Virus record (IMG/VR): IMGVR_UViG_3300032116_000208 | Location: 1 to 59,976 of that record | Source: a virus | Taxonomy: Duplodnaviria > Caudoviricetes | Length of the DNA stretch: 59,976 nucleotides | Strand: one strand, 5' to 3' | Shown here: positions 34,144 through 42,273 of the stretch, piece by piece | Layout of the letters: each line of letters begins with the position of its first letter | Position numbering within the stretch: position 1 is the first letter of the stretch | Notes under the pieces: model-generated | The model's input: the letters and a program-made list of their open reading frames with translations, nothing else | Told to the model about the DNA's origin: nothing | The model's database searches: none | Made by a program: the position numbers and the translations under genes

Positions 34144-34170
34144 GTATGTATACACACCTATAGGTGTGTA
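34144..34170. promoter_or_regulatory. Operator-like palindromes (GTATGTATACACAC overlapping perfect TACACACCTATAGGTGTGTA)
   Basis: 1-mismatch 14-mer at 34144-34157; 20-bp palindrome at 34151-34170. Confidence 0.65.
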
Positions 34171-34172
34171 GG

Positions 34173-34343
34173 TTATCTACTGAATCGTTCGGCCAAGTAT
34201 TCGCGGTATGCGAACTCGGGGTCGTCCATGTCCAATGGACTTGTGTCTGTTGAGGCCTCGAAAACGAACGGCTCATCGAGGGGTTCGTCCATGTGCGTAT
34301 ACACACGTTCGGTTGTTGGCAGGATGAAATAGTGTCGGGACAT
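34173..34343 (-). CDS. 56-aa acidic early protein
   Basis: AGGAG RBS; D/E-rich. Confidence 0.65.
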   Translation of the reverse strand: MSRHYFILPTTERVYTHMDEPLDEPFVFEASTDTSPLDMDDPEFAYREYLAERFSR

Positions 34344-34358
34344 GATGACTCCTATGGT

Positions 34359-34372
34359 GTGTGTATACACAC
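34359..34372. promoter_or_regulatory. Operator-like palindrome GTGTGTATACACAC
   Basis: Perfect copy just upstream of an RBS; variant at 34293-34306. Confidence 0.7.
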
Positions 34373-34373
34373 C

Positions 34374-34701
34374 TATCCAAGGTTGATGGGGTAATTAGAC
34401 AGAATTTATTGGGCTTGTCTAATTAGGTGGGCGCTCGAAACCCGCATGGATACTGGGCTAGCGGGGTGATGTTAAGGTTTACCCTTGTCGAATTATCCAA
34501 GTCGGAAAAAGGGGGTCAGGAATTTTAGGGGGCTTCATGATGTGTGGCGCTTGGCGCTTCATGCACGAACAAACACACGCATCGTCATGTGCATCCTAAA
34601 TACTTGGATAATTGGATAATTGTCTAATTGCAGATGTAACCCCTTGATTTTAAAGAGAAACCTAATTATCCAAGGGCAAAAGCCCCTTGGATAATTGGAT
34701 A
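34374..34701. repeat. Iteron-like AATTATCCAAG/TTGGATAA array with IHF consensus (candidate origin)
   Basis: Non-coding; several direct and inverted copies; AATCAAGGGGTTA on - at 34649-34637. Confidence 0.6.
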
Positions 34702-34706
34702 GTCAG

Positions 34707-34724
34707 ATGTGTGTATACACACAT
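34707..34724. promoter_or_regulatory. Operator-like palindrome ATGTGTGTATACACACAT
   Basis: 18-bp perfect palindrome. Confidence 0.7.
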
Positions 34725-35218
34725 TAGGCAGTGATAGCGGCTTGCTTGGCTTTGGCATCGGCAGAATACGCCTCAGCATCGGCAACCATGTCAGTGGCGA
34801 CTGCCTTGAGTTCCATCAATTTGGCCAGTGTCGCACCTGCCTTGAGTGCGCCAGTCTTTTTATCGGTAACCATACCGCCAGTCTTGGACAGCTTGGCCTT
34901 CATGATACGTGCCTCGAATTGGTCAGGCAGTGACTCGAAAGCCGCACGATTGGAGATAACCATTGGCTCACCGAGTTGTGCGGCAAAGTATTCGCCAACT
35001 GGACGATAGTTGCATGAAGGCCATGCGGCTTGCTTGGCCAGAGCTTGGACACCACCATTGGCGATGCCATTACGTGCGGCTACACCAAGTTTGCCCTTGG
35101 CATTGGCGAGCGCCATTTTGGTGTAAGGGCTTGAGTCTTGCACGACAGACAGCTGTCGCTCAGTCTTGGTTTTGCCAGTTACGTTGATGATTGCGGGAGT
35201 GTAAGTTGCGAGTTCCAT
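34724..35218 (-). CDS. First gene of the early arm, Ala/Lys-rich hypothetical protein
   Basis: CAACACAAGGA leader, start MELATY. Confidence 0.8.
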   Translation of the reverse strand: MELATYTPAIINVTGKTKTERQLSVVQDSSPYTKMALANAKGKLGVAARNGIANGGVQALAKQAAWPSCNYRPVGEYFAAQLGEPMVISNRAAFESLPDQFEARIMKAKLSKTGGMVTDKKTGALKAGATLAKLMELKAVATDMVADAEAYSADAKAKQAAITA

Positions 35219-35252
35219 GATATTTCCTTGTGTTGAATGATTGAACGGTGAC

Positions 35253-35770
35253 AATGCACCACATAGCCCACTGGTGCCAATGAGCTATAGGTTGAATTGG
35301 TTTTGCGACTTGCTGTTCTTGGTGTCGCCCGAGACCTCACCGGCCCTTGTTCATAGGTGACCGTTACCTGCGACCGTGATTCAACGGTGCGTCTGACTCT
35401 AGGGTTCTTGCCTAGTCCGTCCCGCAGATGCTCAGATACTCGGTTTTGTGGGTGGCCTAATGATTCGATCACGGGTTGTCTCTCGACAAAGCGTTCGCCC
35501 TGTGTGTTGCCCGCCAATGGACAGCGCACACTCAAGCGTTATCGGGTTAATTCGCCCCTTACCACAAACCCACCGAAGTGAGATGCGATTGCGTGCCCTC
35601 GACTATTCACACGCACCTATTCACGCCACTGAATAGGGATTCCAATACGAATTTTTAAAGACCGGATTCCATCAAAAGCCCCTTACCATGTGACCGCATC
35701 AACCCTGAGGTATCCGCACGCACCTGTCCCTAAGTCCAGCCGCTAGTCGATAAAGAACAATCTCACACGG
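35253..35770 (-). ncRNA. Putative large structured leader RNA
   Basis: No credible ORF; nested long-range helices, GAGA tetraloop, boxA-like motif. Confidence 0.5.
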
Positions 35771-35797
35771 AGCGAACGGTGCGATCACCGCTCAATG

Positions 35798-35848
35798 TAG
35801 GCAACCTTGATAACTCAGAGTCCCTACACAATAGGCAACCTTGATAAC
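35798..35848. repeat. 17-bp direct repeat TAGGCAACCTTGATAAC x2
   Basis: 35798-35814 and 35832-35848. Confidence 0.9.
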
Positions 35849-35936
35849 CGACCACCCCCCACAGGCCCCCCAACGGGCCACCCCGCCCCCCGACTGCTTA
35901 CGACGCGCTCAATCATCATGAGCAAAAAATCAAGAC

Positions 35937-36009
35937 GTGTGTATACACACCTGTTGCGTAAAAACCACAAAAAATACGAAAAAACCCGGTAGAATGTGTG
36001 TATACACAC
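35937..36009 (+). promoter_or_regulatory. Candidate late-arm promoter (-10 TAGAAT) flanked by two GTGTGTATACACAC palindromes
   Basis: Palindromes 35937-35950 and 35996-36009; TAGAAT 35990-35995; no consensus -35. Confidence 0.65.
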
Positions 36010-36025
36010 CTTTTAAGGACCAAAA

Positions 36026-36217
36026 ATGAAGCGCTGGAACCTGTTTTTGCCCCCCGAACTCATCGAAAAATACAAGCAAATGGCCACCAAAAAGGGCGTT
36101 TCGTCGGCAGAAATGGCCCGAATTGCCATGGAAAAGTACGCTCAGGCCGTGGAAAAAGCTAAAGCGCGAGGTGACGAGACGCAAAAACAGGCTGCGGAGA
36201 CTGCAAATGCTGGCTGA
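36026..36217 (+). CDS. Ribbon-helix-helix (Arc/CopG-like) regulator
   Basis: KRWNLFLP.ELIEKYK.MA.KKGVS.AEM.R.AM..Y; TAAGGA RBS. Confidence 0.85.
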   Translation: MKRWNLFLPPELIEKYKQMATKKGVSSAEMARIAMEKYAQAVEKAKARGDETQKQAAETANAG

Positions 36218-36719
36218 TGACACCCCAATGGACGATACGCCTCTGGAGTACAAGCCAAAAAACACCTCATTCCCGCAGATAAGCGAGGAGATGGTAGCCT
36301 CGGTAGCTTTGGGGCTGGAAGATGAGCTGATCGTGGCCAGTCGGCACGGTCTGTCGGTCGAGCAGTACCAAGAGTTGGCCGCGCAGCCGTGGTTTCAGCT
36401 CCAAATTCAGGTAAAACGGTCCGAGTACGAGAAAAATGGCGTCACGTTCAAGGCCAAGGCTGCATGGATGGCCGGGGAGTTGCTCGATCAGGTGTACGTC
36501 ACTGCGGCGTCCCAAGATGCCAGCTTGAACCAGAAGCACGAAGTCCTCAAGACGCTCATCAAGGCCGCAGGTCTGGAGCCCAAGGAGGAAAAAGTCAAGG
36601 ACACTGGGCCGGGATTCAGTATCAGCATCGACTTGGGAGGTGGCCAGTCCATATCCCTGAGCAACCAGCAGACCCTCACGCCGGTTACACTGGACGCAGA
36701 GGTCAAGGAGATTAAGTGA
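36207..36719 (+). CDS. terS: Putative terminase small subunit
   Basis: Immediately upstream of and overlapping TerL; helical with GFSISIDLG C-terminal strand. Confidence 0.6.
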   Translation: MLADDTPMDDTPLEYKPKNTSFPQISEEMVASVALGLEDELIVASRHGLSVEQYQELAAQPWFQLQIQVKRSEYEKNGVTFKAKAAWMAGELLDQVYVTAASQDASLNQKHEVLKTLIKAAGLEPKEEKVKDTGPGFSISIDLGGGQSISLSNQQTLTPVTLDAEVKEIK

Positions 36720-38191
36720 GCAGCACATACAAACCGACAGAGACCCAGCGGAACTTCATGCTGGATGAATCCTATGTTCGGGTGCTGGCTGGGCCCGTCG
36801 GTGGCGGTAAGTCCGTTACTTGCGTACATGAGCTGGTGCGTCTGGCCTGTGGCCAAGCGCCGAACGCCAAGGGTGTGCGCAGAACTCGGGCGATCATCGT
36901 GCGTAACACCGCCGACCAGCTGGCGCTGACGACACGTAAGACGGTGTTCGACTGGCTGCCGCCCGGTGAGGCTGGTATCTGGAAAGCCGTGGAGAAGACG
37001 TTTATCCTGATGGCCAAACTGCCAGATGGGACACAGGTTGAGTCGGAATGGATTTTTATCCCGTTGGATACGCCGGACGACGTGCGTAAGGCGCTGTCAC
37101 TGGAGACCACGTTCCTGTGGGGCAACGAGAGTCGAGAACTCAACAGCGAAGTTGTGGACGGCCTGCTGTCACGTCTGAACCGATATCCGTCAGCCAAGGA
37201 CGGGGGGCCCACCCGGTCGTGTGCGCTGTTCGACACCAACATGCCAGACGAGGACACGTGGTGGCACGACAAGATGGAGAACCCGCCGAGCAACTGGGCC
37301 ATACATAAGCAGCCTGCGGCGATCCTCAAGCCAGAGGTGTACCTTGAGCGGTTCGGCGAAGAGCCTGAAGAGGTGCTGCTGGACAAGGACGATAACGAGT
37401 GGGCGGTCAACCCCGAGTGCGACAACTACAACCACCTGCCCAAGCAGTACTACCCCAACATCATCCCGGGTAAGACTGAGGACTGGCTGCGGGTGTACCT
37501 GCGCTCGGAGTATGGGCGCAGCCTGTCCGGCACCCCGGTGTACGAGAAGACGTTCACGCATGAATTCCACGTATCCAAGGACAAGATCAAGGCTATACGC
37601 AGCGAAGAGTACCCGGTCATCATCGGTCTGGACTTCGGGCGCACTCCGGCAGCCGTGTTCAAGCAGCGCGACCCACGCGGGCGCGTAGTGACTCTGGCCG
37701 AGCTGACGTCGGAGAACATGGGCATCGAGACGTTCCTGCGGACGAAGCTGAATCCGTTCATTGCGAACAACATGCAGGGGTGCTCGTTCCTCGTAGCTCC
37801 TGACCCGGCTGGGTACGCCAAGCAGCAGCAAGGCGAGATGTCGTTGGTGGATATCGTCAAGCAGGCTGGGTTCAAATGTCAGCGACCACCAACAAACGAC
37901 CCGGAAAAGAGGATTCAGGCAGTTGAGCGCTTGCTTGTACAACAGTTGGAAGGTAAGGCGATGTACCTTATCGACCCGGGGTGTACCCAGCTCATCAAGG
38001 GTTTCCGGTACGGTTACCGGTACAAAATCAAAAAGTCCGGGGAGATGGAAGACAAGCCGGATAAGAACGCGTTCTCCCACGTCCACGACGCCAACCAGTA
38101 TGCCGATGCCATCATTGATATGAACGTCCGTGGGGCTACGGTTAACAACGCCCGACGCGAAATCAAGAAGTCCGGTTATTCGTACTCTTGA
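36716..38191 (+). CDS. terL: Terminase large subunit
   Basis: GPVGGGKS, IVRNT, NESRE, DTNMP, GLDFG, SHVHDANQY. Confidence 0.93.
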   Translation: MSSTYKPTETQRNFMLDESYVRVLAGPVGGGKSVTCVHELVRLACGQAPNAKGVRRTRAIIVRNTADQLALTTRKTVFDWLPPGEAGIWKAVEKTFILMAKLPDGTQVESEWIFIPLDTPDDVRKALSLETTFLWGNESRELNSEVVDGLLSRLNRYPSAKDGGPTRSCALFDTNMPDEDTWWHDKMENPPSNWAIHKQPAAILKPEVYLERFGEEPEEVLLDKDDNEWAVNPECDNYNHLPKQYYPNIIPGKTEDWLRVYLRSEYGRSLSGTPVYEKTFTHEFHVSKDKIKAIRSEEYPVIIGLDFGRTPAAVFKQRDPRGRVVTLAELTSENMGIETFLRTKLNPFIANNMQGCSFLVAPDPAGYAKQQQGEMSLVDIVKQAGFKCQRPPTNDPEKRIQAVERLLVQQLEGKAMYLIDPGCTQLIKGFRYGYRYKIKKSGEMEDKPDKNAFSHVHDANQYADAIIDMNVRGATVNNARREIKKSGYSYS

Positions 38192-38215
38192 CCGCTCACC
38201 CGCTGGGGGTACAAT
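38188..38215 (+). promoter_or_regulatory. Sigma70 promoter TTGACC-N16-TACAAT
   Basis: At the TerL stop, upstream of the portal operon. Confidence 0.6.
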
Positions 38216-38238
38216 CCCGGTAACTGTAAGGGGACTGT

Positions 38239-38793
38239 ATGAGCCAGATGACGACGAATTACTTGAACGCGGAAAGAGACTCGTTCGAGCAGGTTCATGG
38301 TTTGAATGGGCGTATGTTCGTTGACTGTGGTGGTTTGAGTCCGACCAGCAATAGCCAGTATTTCATGTTCCACGAGTTTTCTTTGGCTGCAGCCGCTGTA
38401 GAAATAATCAAAGTTGCCGTCGTCGGTGACACCATCCTGAACGCCTTTTCTGTAAAGATCATGTCTGGAACAGCGCGAATTGAAATCGTCTCTGGCGGTA
38501 CTGAAGGCGGCACTTATAACCAGAGTATCCCTAAGATGCCTGTGAACGGCATGTCTACAGCAGTACCTCGTGCGTCGACCAGTACATTTACGTCTGGTGG
38601 AACACTTACTGGTGGGACTACCAATGACCTGTTTCTAGTGAACACCGGGGATAACGCGAACCAGTCCTCTGGCATCGTAAGCGGCGAAGACTTTGCCATC
38701 GGCTACCCAGCGGGTACATACTACATACGAATCACAAACACCGATAACTCTACGACTGCTGGCTTGGTCAAAGCTCTGTGGACTGAGTTGTGA
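38239..38793 (+). CDS. Hypothetical beta-rich (probably structural) protein
   Basis: Gly/Thr/Ser-rich, ends YYIRITN...WTEL; between TerL and portal. Confidence 0.7.
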   Translation: MSQMTTNYLNAERDSFEQVHGLNGRMFVDCGGLSPTSNSQYFMFHEFSLAAAAVEIIKVAVVGDTILNAFSVKIMSGTARIEIVSGGTEGGTYNQSIPKMPVNGMSTAVPRASTSTFTSGGTLTGGTTNDLFLVNTGDNANQSSGIVSGEDFAIGYPAGTYYIRITNTDNSTTAGLVKALWTEL

Positions 38794-38808
38794 TCTAAAG
38801 GTACAAAC

Positions 38809-40899
38809 ATGGCAACAGGCATCGCACTCATCCCGGTAGCTCGCAGTTCAGACCTTGAGCGCGAGTCTCAGAAACGCAACTCGGACATGCAGGCTCAGCC
38901 TGTGATCCAAGGGCTGGCCGCTCATGCACGCAAGCGCTGGGAGTCTTCACGCGAAGCCAAACGTACCATCGAAGAGCGCATGCTGCAGTGTCTGCGCCAA
39001 CGCAACGGCGAGTACGACCCTGACAAATTGGCCGACATCAAACGCCAAGGCGGCTCGGAAATTTACATCCAGCTGTCCTCAGTGAAGTGCCGCGCCGCGA
39101 CAAGCTGGTTGCGGGATACCTTGCTGGGTACTGGCACTGACAAGCCGTGGAGCCTCGAAGCGACACCTGAGCCCACACTGCCCCCTGAGCTGATCCAAGA
39201 GCTGATGGCCAGCATGCAGCAGCAGTTGCAGGCCATGATGGAGCAGGGCATGCCCATGCCAGACCCCACACAGTTGCGCGAGACCGCAGCCCAGATGAAA
39301 GACGCAGCGATGCGCCGTCTGCGCGAGGAAGCCAACGAGCGTGTCGACCGCATGGAACTCAAGATGGAGGACCAGCTCATTGAGGGTAACTGGACCGACG
39401 CGCTGAACGCGTTCTTGGACGACATCGTGACATTCCCCTTCGCTGTGCTAAAAGGCCCGGTGAAGCGCAAGCGCAAGACCATGGCTTGGCAGAACGGCCA
39501 GCTGGTGCCGTCTGAAGAGATTCGCAACGAGTGGGAGCGTGTTGATCCGTTCATGCTCTACTGGGCACCGTGGGCCTCTGACATTCAGGACGGCTTCATC
39601 GTTGAGCGCCACCGCATGACCCGCGAAGACCTGCAAGCTCTGATGGGCGTGCCCGGGTACAACGACGACGCGATCCGCTCAGTGCTCAACAGCTTCGACA
39701 TGGGTAACCTGAACGAGTGGCTGTGGACTGACAGCGCCCAAGCTACGGCTGAAGGCAAGGACACCACGCAGACCATCTTCACAACAGACCTGATCGACGC
39801 CCTGCAGATGTGGGACAGCGTCAAGGGCAGCGACCTGCTGACTTGGGGCCTGTCGAAGAAAGAGATTCCTGACCCAGACCTAAACTACCCCTGCGAGGTG
39901 TGGCTGGTCGGCTCCACGGTGATCCGCGCTGTGCTGAACTACGACCCGCTGGGCCGCAAGCCGTACTACGTGACGTCGTACGAGAAAGTCCCCGGTGCTG
40001 TTGCTGGTAAGGGCGTGACTGACCTGTGCCGTGATTCTCAGAACATGGTGAACGCCGCTGCTCGCAGCTTGGCCAACAACATGGGCATCAGCTCTGGCCC
40101 GCAGGTGGGTGTGAACGTGTCGCGCCTGCCCCCGGGCGAGGACATCACAGAAATGTACCCTTGGAAAATCTGGCAGTTCCAGAGCTCTGAGTTCAACGAC
40201 GGCTCGCAGCCGCTCCAGTTCTTCCAGCCTAACAGCAACGCTCAGGAACTCATGGCCGTGTTCGAGAAGTTCTCTGCCCGCGCTGATGAGGACACCATGA
40301 TCCCGCGCTACATGACTGGCGACCCCTCGGGTGGCGCTGGCCGTACGTCGTCTGGCCTGTCGATGCTGATCTCCAACGCTGGCAAGGGCATCAAGCAGGT
40401 TATCAGCAACATCGACCGCAACGTGATCGTGCCGTCTATCGAGCGTTTGTACCAAGACAACCTGCGCTACAGCAAAGACCCAGACCTGATCGGTGACGTC
40501 AAGGCTGTGGCCAAGGGCGCTACCAGCTTGGTGGTCAAGGAAGCCGAGGCAGTGCGCCGCAACGAGTTCTTGCAGATCGTGCTCAACAGTCCAGTGGCCC
40601 AGCAGATCGTGGGTATGGACGGTGCAGCGGAGCTCCTGCGCGAGCAGGCCCGCAACCTAAGCGGCAACGTGAATCGCATCGTGCCAGACCGCCCAACGCT
40701 CACAGCTATGCAGACTCTGCAGCAGCAAAACGCTCAGCTCCAAGAGCAGCTAGCCATGATCGCTGGCGAGCTCCAAGGTGGCGCACCGGGTGCTCCGGGC
40801 ATGACGCAAGGCCCAGCTCCAAAGAATATGCTGCCTGACGGTAGCCAAGTTGGGGGTCGTGAGGGAAATATGATTTCTCCGCGCCCTAACGGCGTTTGA
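38809..40899 (+). CDS. Portal protein
   Basis: 696 aa after TerL; LKGP, ERVDPF..Y, GKGV.DL, RTSSGLSML; Q-rich tail. Confidence 0.85.
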   Translation: MATGIALIPVARSSDLERESQKRNSDMQAQPVIQGLAAHARKRWESSREAKRTIEERMLQCLRQRNGEYDPDKLADIKRQGGSEIYIQLSSVKCRAATSWLRDTLLGTGTDKPWSLEATPEPTLPPELIQELMASMQQQLQAMMEQGMPMPDPTQLRETAAQMKDAAMRRLREEANERVDRMELKMEDQLIEGNWTDALNAFLDDIVTFPFAVLKGPVKRKRKTMAWQNGQLVPSEEIRNEWERVDPFMLYWAPWASDIQDGFIVERHRMTREDLQALMGVPGYNDDAIRSVLNSFDMGNLNEWLWTDSAQATAEGKDTTQTIFTTDLIDALQMWDSVKGSDLLTWGLSKKEIPDPDLNYPCEVWLVGSTVIRAVLNYDPLGRKPYYVTSYEKVPGAVAGKGVTDLCRDSQNMVNAAARSLANNMGISSGPQVGVNVSRLPPGEDITEMYPWKIWQFQSSEFNDGSQPLQFFQPNSNAQELMAVFEKFSARADEDTMIPRYMTGDPSGGAGRTSSGLSMLISNAGKGIKQVISNIDRNVIVPSIERLYQDNLRYSKDPDLIGDVKAVAKGATSLVVKEAEAVRRNEFLQIVLNSPVAQQIVGMDGAAELLREQARNLSGNVNRIVPDRPTLTAMQTLQQQNAQLQEQLAMIAGELQGGAPGAPGMTQGPAPKNMLPDGSQVGGREGNMISPRPNGV

Positions 40900-40925
40900 C
40901 TTTTTTTGAATTTGTTGTATAGAAT
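40896..40925 (+). promoter_or_regulatory. Sigma70 promoter TTGACT-N18-TAGAAT
   Basis: AT-rich gap before the scaffold/capsid operon. Confidence 0.6.
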
Positions 40926-40931
40926 CCACAC

Positions 40932-41174
40932 ATGAAGATTTTTGTAGGCCAAAAGCCTGATCGGCAGCACATGCAAGCGTTGATTCGCTGCAAGCTGCAA
41001 GAAAACGAAGCGCTACTGGCGCTGTTCCGAACCAAGCTGGAGGAGACCAAAGTCTCCTTGATGCAGGCAGAAGAACCGCACCGCTTGTACCGCCTTCAAG
41101 GTCAGGCTCAGGTCTTATCAGATTTCCTCGAAGCGGTTGAAAAATCGTCAGAGGTTTTCGACCGGATCAAATGA
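40932..41174 (+). CDS. Conserved small protein between portal and scaffold
   Basis: YRLQGQAQVL motif. Confidence 0.75.
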   Translation: MKIFVGQKPDRQHMQALIRCKLQENEALLALFRTKLEETKVSLMQAEEPHRLYRLQGQAQVLSDFLEAVEKSSEVFDRIK

Positions 41175-41263
41175 TCCGTTTTTTGTAAATCCGAGCAAAC
41201 CATTATGTGAACGGCAGACCGCAGTAGGAGCCTGAAGCAGAGTTGGAGCCCAAGGAGAATTGA

Positions 41264-42223
41264 ATGGCATTGCCAAGACAAGTAGAAGCTCAGTTACGTG
41301 AACTGGAAGCACTGGAAAAGCAGCTGACCGACGCGCAGAACCCTGCCCCCGCAGACCCTGCGCCAACCCCAGCAGAGCCTCCCCAAGACCCACAGCCCGC
41401 GCCTGCAGAGTCAAAGCCTGTCGAGCCAACGCCGACACCGACTGAACCAGTCGTAGCGGAAGAGAAATGGGAGCAGAAGTACAAGACCCTCAAAGGTATG
41501 TACGACGCCGAAGTTCCTCGCTTGCATGCAGACTTGCGTGACCTCAAGGCCCAAGTGGATAACCTCCGCAAAGCCAGCGAGACCAAACCGGTTGAGCCTG
41601 TGAAGCCCGCAGTCGCTGAGAAGTTGGTGACTGATGCTGATGTTGAAGCATTTGGTTCGGACCTCATTGAAGTCCAGCGCAAAGTTGCCCGCGAAGTGGC
41701 AGCAGAGTTTCGTGGCGAACTAGACGCCATGCGTGCCGAGAATGAGAAACTGCGCGAGCAGTTGACCAACACTGGCACCCAAGTGTCTGAAGCCAGTTTT
41801 GAGCAGCGCCTGTACCGTATGGTGCCGGACTTTGAAGCAGTCAATGCTGATCCCAAGTGGATTGCTTGGCTGAACGAAGTGGACCCGCTGCTCCGAGCTC
41901 CACGATCTTCTGTTGCACAACAAGCGTTTAACCGAGGCGACGCTGAAGGAGTAGCACACTACGTGGCGATGTTCAAAAAGAGCGTTGCGCCAGTAGAGCC
42001 CACTGCCGACAAAACCGAAGAGCTTGAGCGTCAAATTCAGCCGAATCGTAGTGCCACAAGCACACCCCCTACCTCTCAAAAAGGTAAGGTCTACACCAAC
42101 GCAGACATCGAAAAAATGTTCCGCAAGGCGACTGATCTGGGTGTCAAAGGGCGCGTCGACGAGGCAAAGAAACTTGAAGCTGAAATTGATGCTGCGTTCA
42201 TGGAAGGTCGCGTAACTGCGTGA
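41264..42223 (+). CDS. Capsid scaffolding protein
   Basis: Pro-rich N-terminus, KYKTLKGMY, coiled coil, ends EIDAAFMEGRV; precedes the capsid gene. Confidence 0.8.
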   Translation: MALPRQVEAQLRELEALEKQLTDAQNPAPADPAPTPAEPPQDPQPAPAESKPVEPTPTPTEPVVAEEKWEQKYKTLKGMYDAEVPRLHADLRDLKAQVDNLRKASETKPVEPVKPAVAEKLVTDADVEAFGSDLIEVQRKVAREVAAEFRGELDAMRAENEKLREQLTNTGTQVSEASFEQRLYRMVPDFEAVNADPKWIAWLNEVDPLLRAPRSSVAQQAFNRGDAEGVAHYVAMFKKSVAPVEPTADKTEELERQIQPNRSATSTPPTSQKGKVYTNADIEKMFRKATDLGVKGRVDEAKKLEAEIDAAFMEGRVTA

Positions 42224-42273
42224 CCAGTGACACAGCGTTGAAACCCAACCTGTTTTATTTTTAGGAGGCCAAC

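Noticed and set aside
35179-35535. 118-aa ORF within the early leader
   Set aside because: No SD, atypical composition, overlaps the 35218 gene out of frame; RNA structure explains the region better.
35798-35848. Mini-CRISPR reading of the 17-bp repeats, or of the palindromes, together with the Cas4-like gene
   Set aside because: Only two short repeats with a 17-nt gap, irregular palindrome spacing and no cas1/cas2; solo Cas4-like nucleases are common in phage replication modules.
41175-41263. Scaffold gene leader as a riboswitch or structured RNA
   Set aside because: No convincing helix or known motif by eye.
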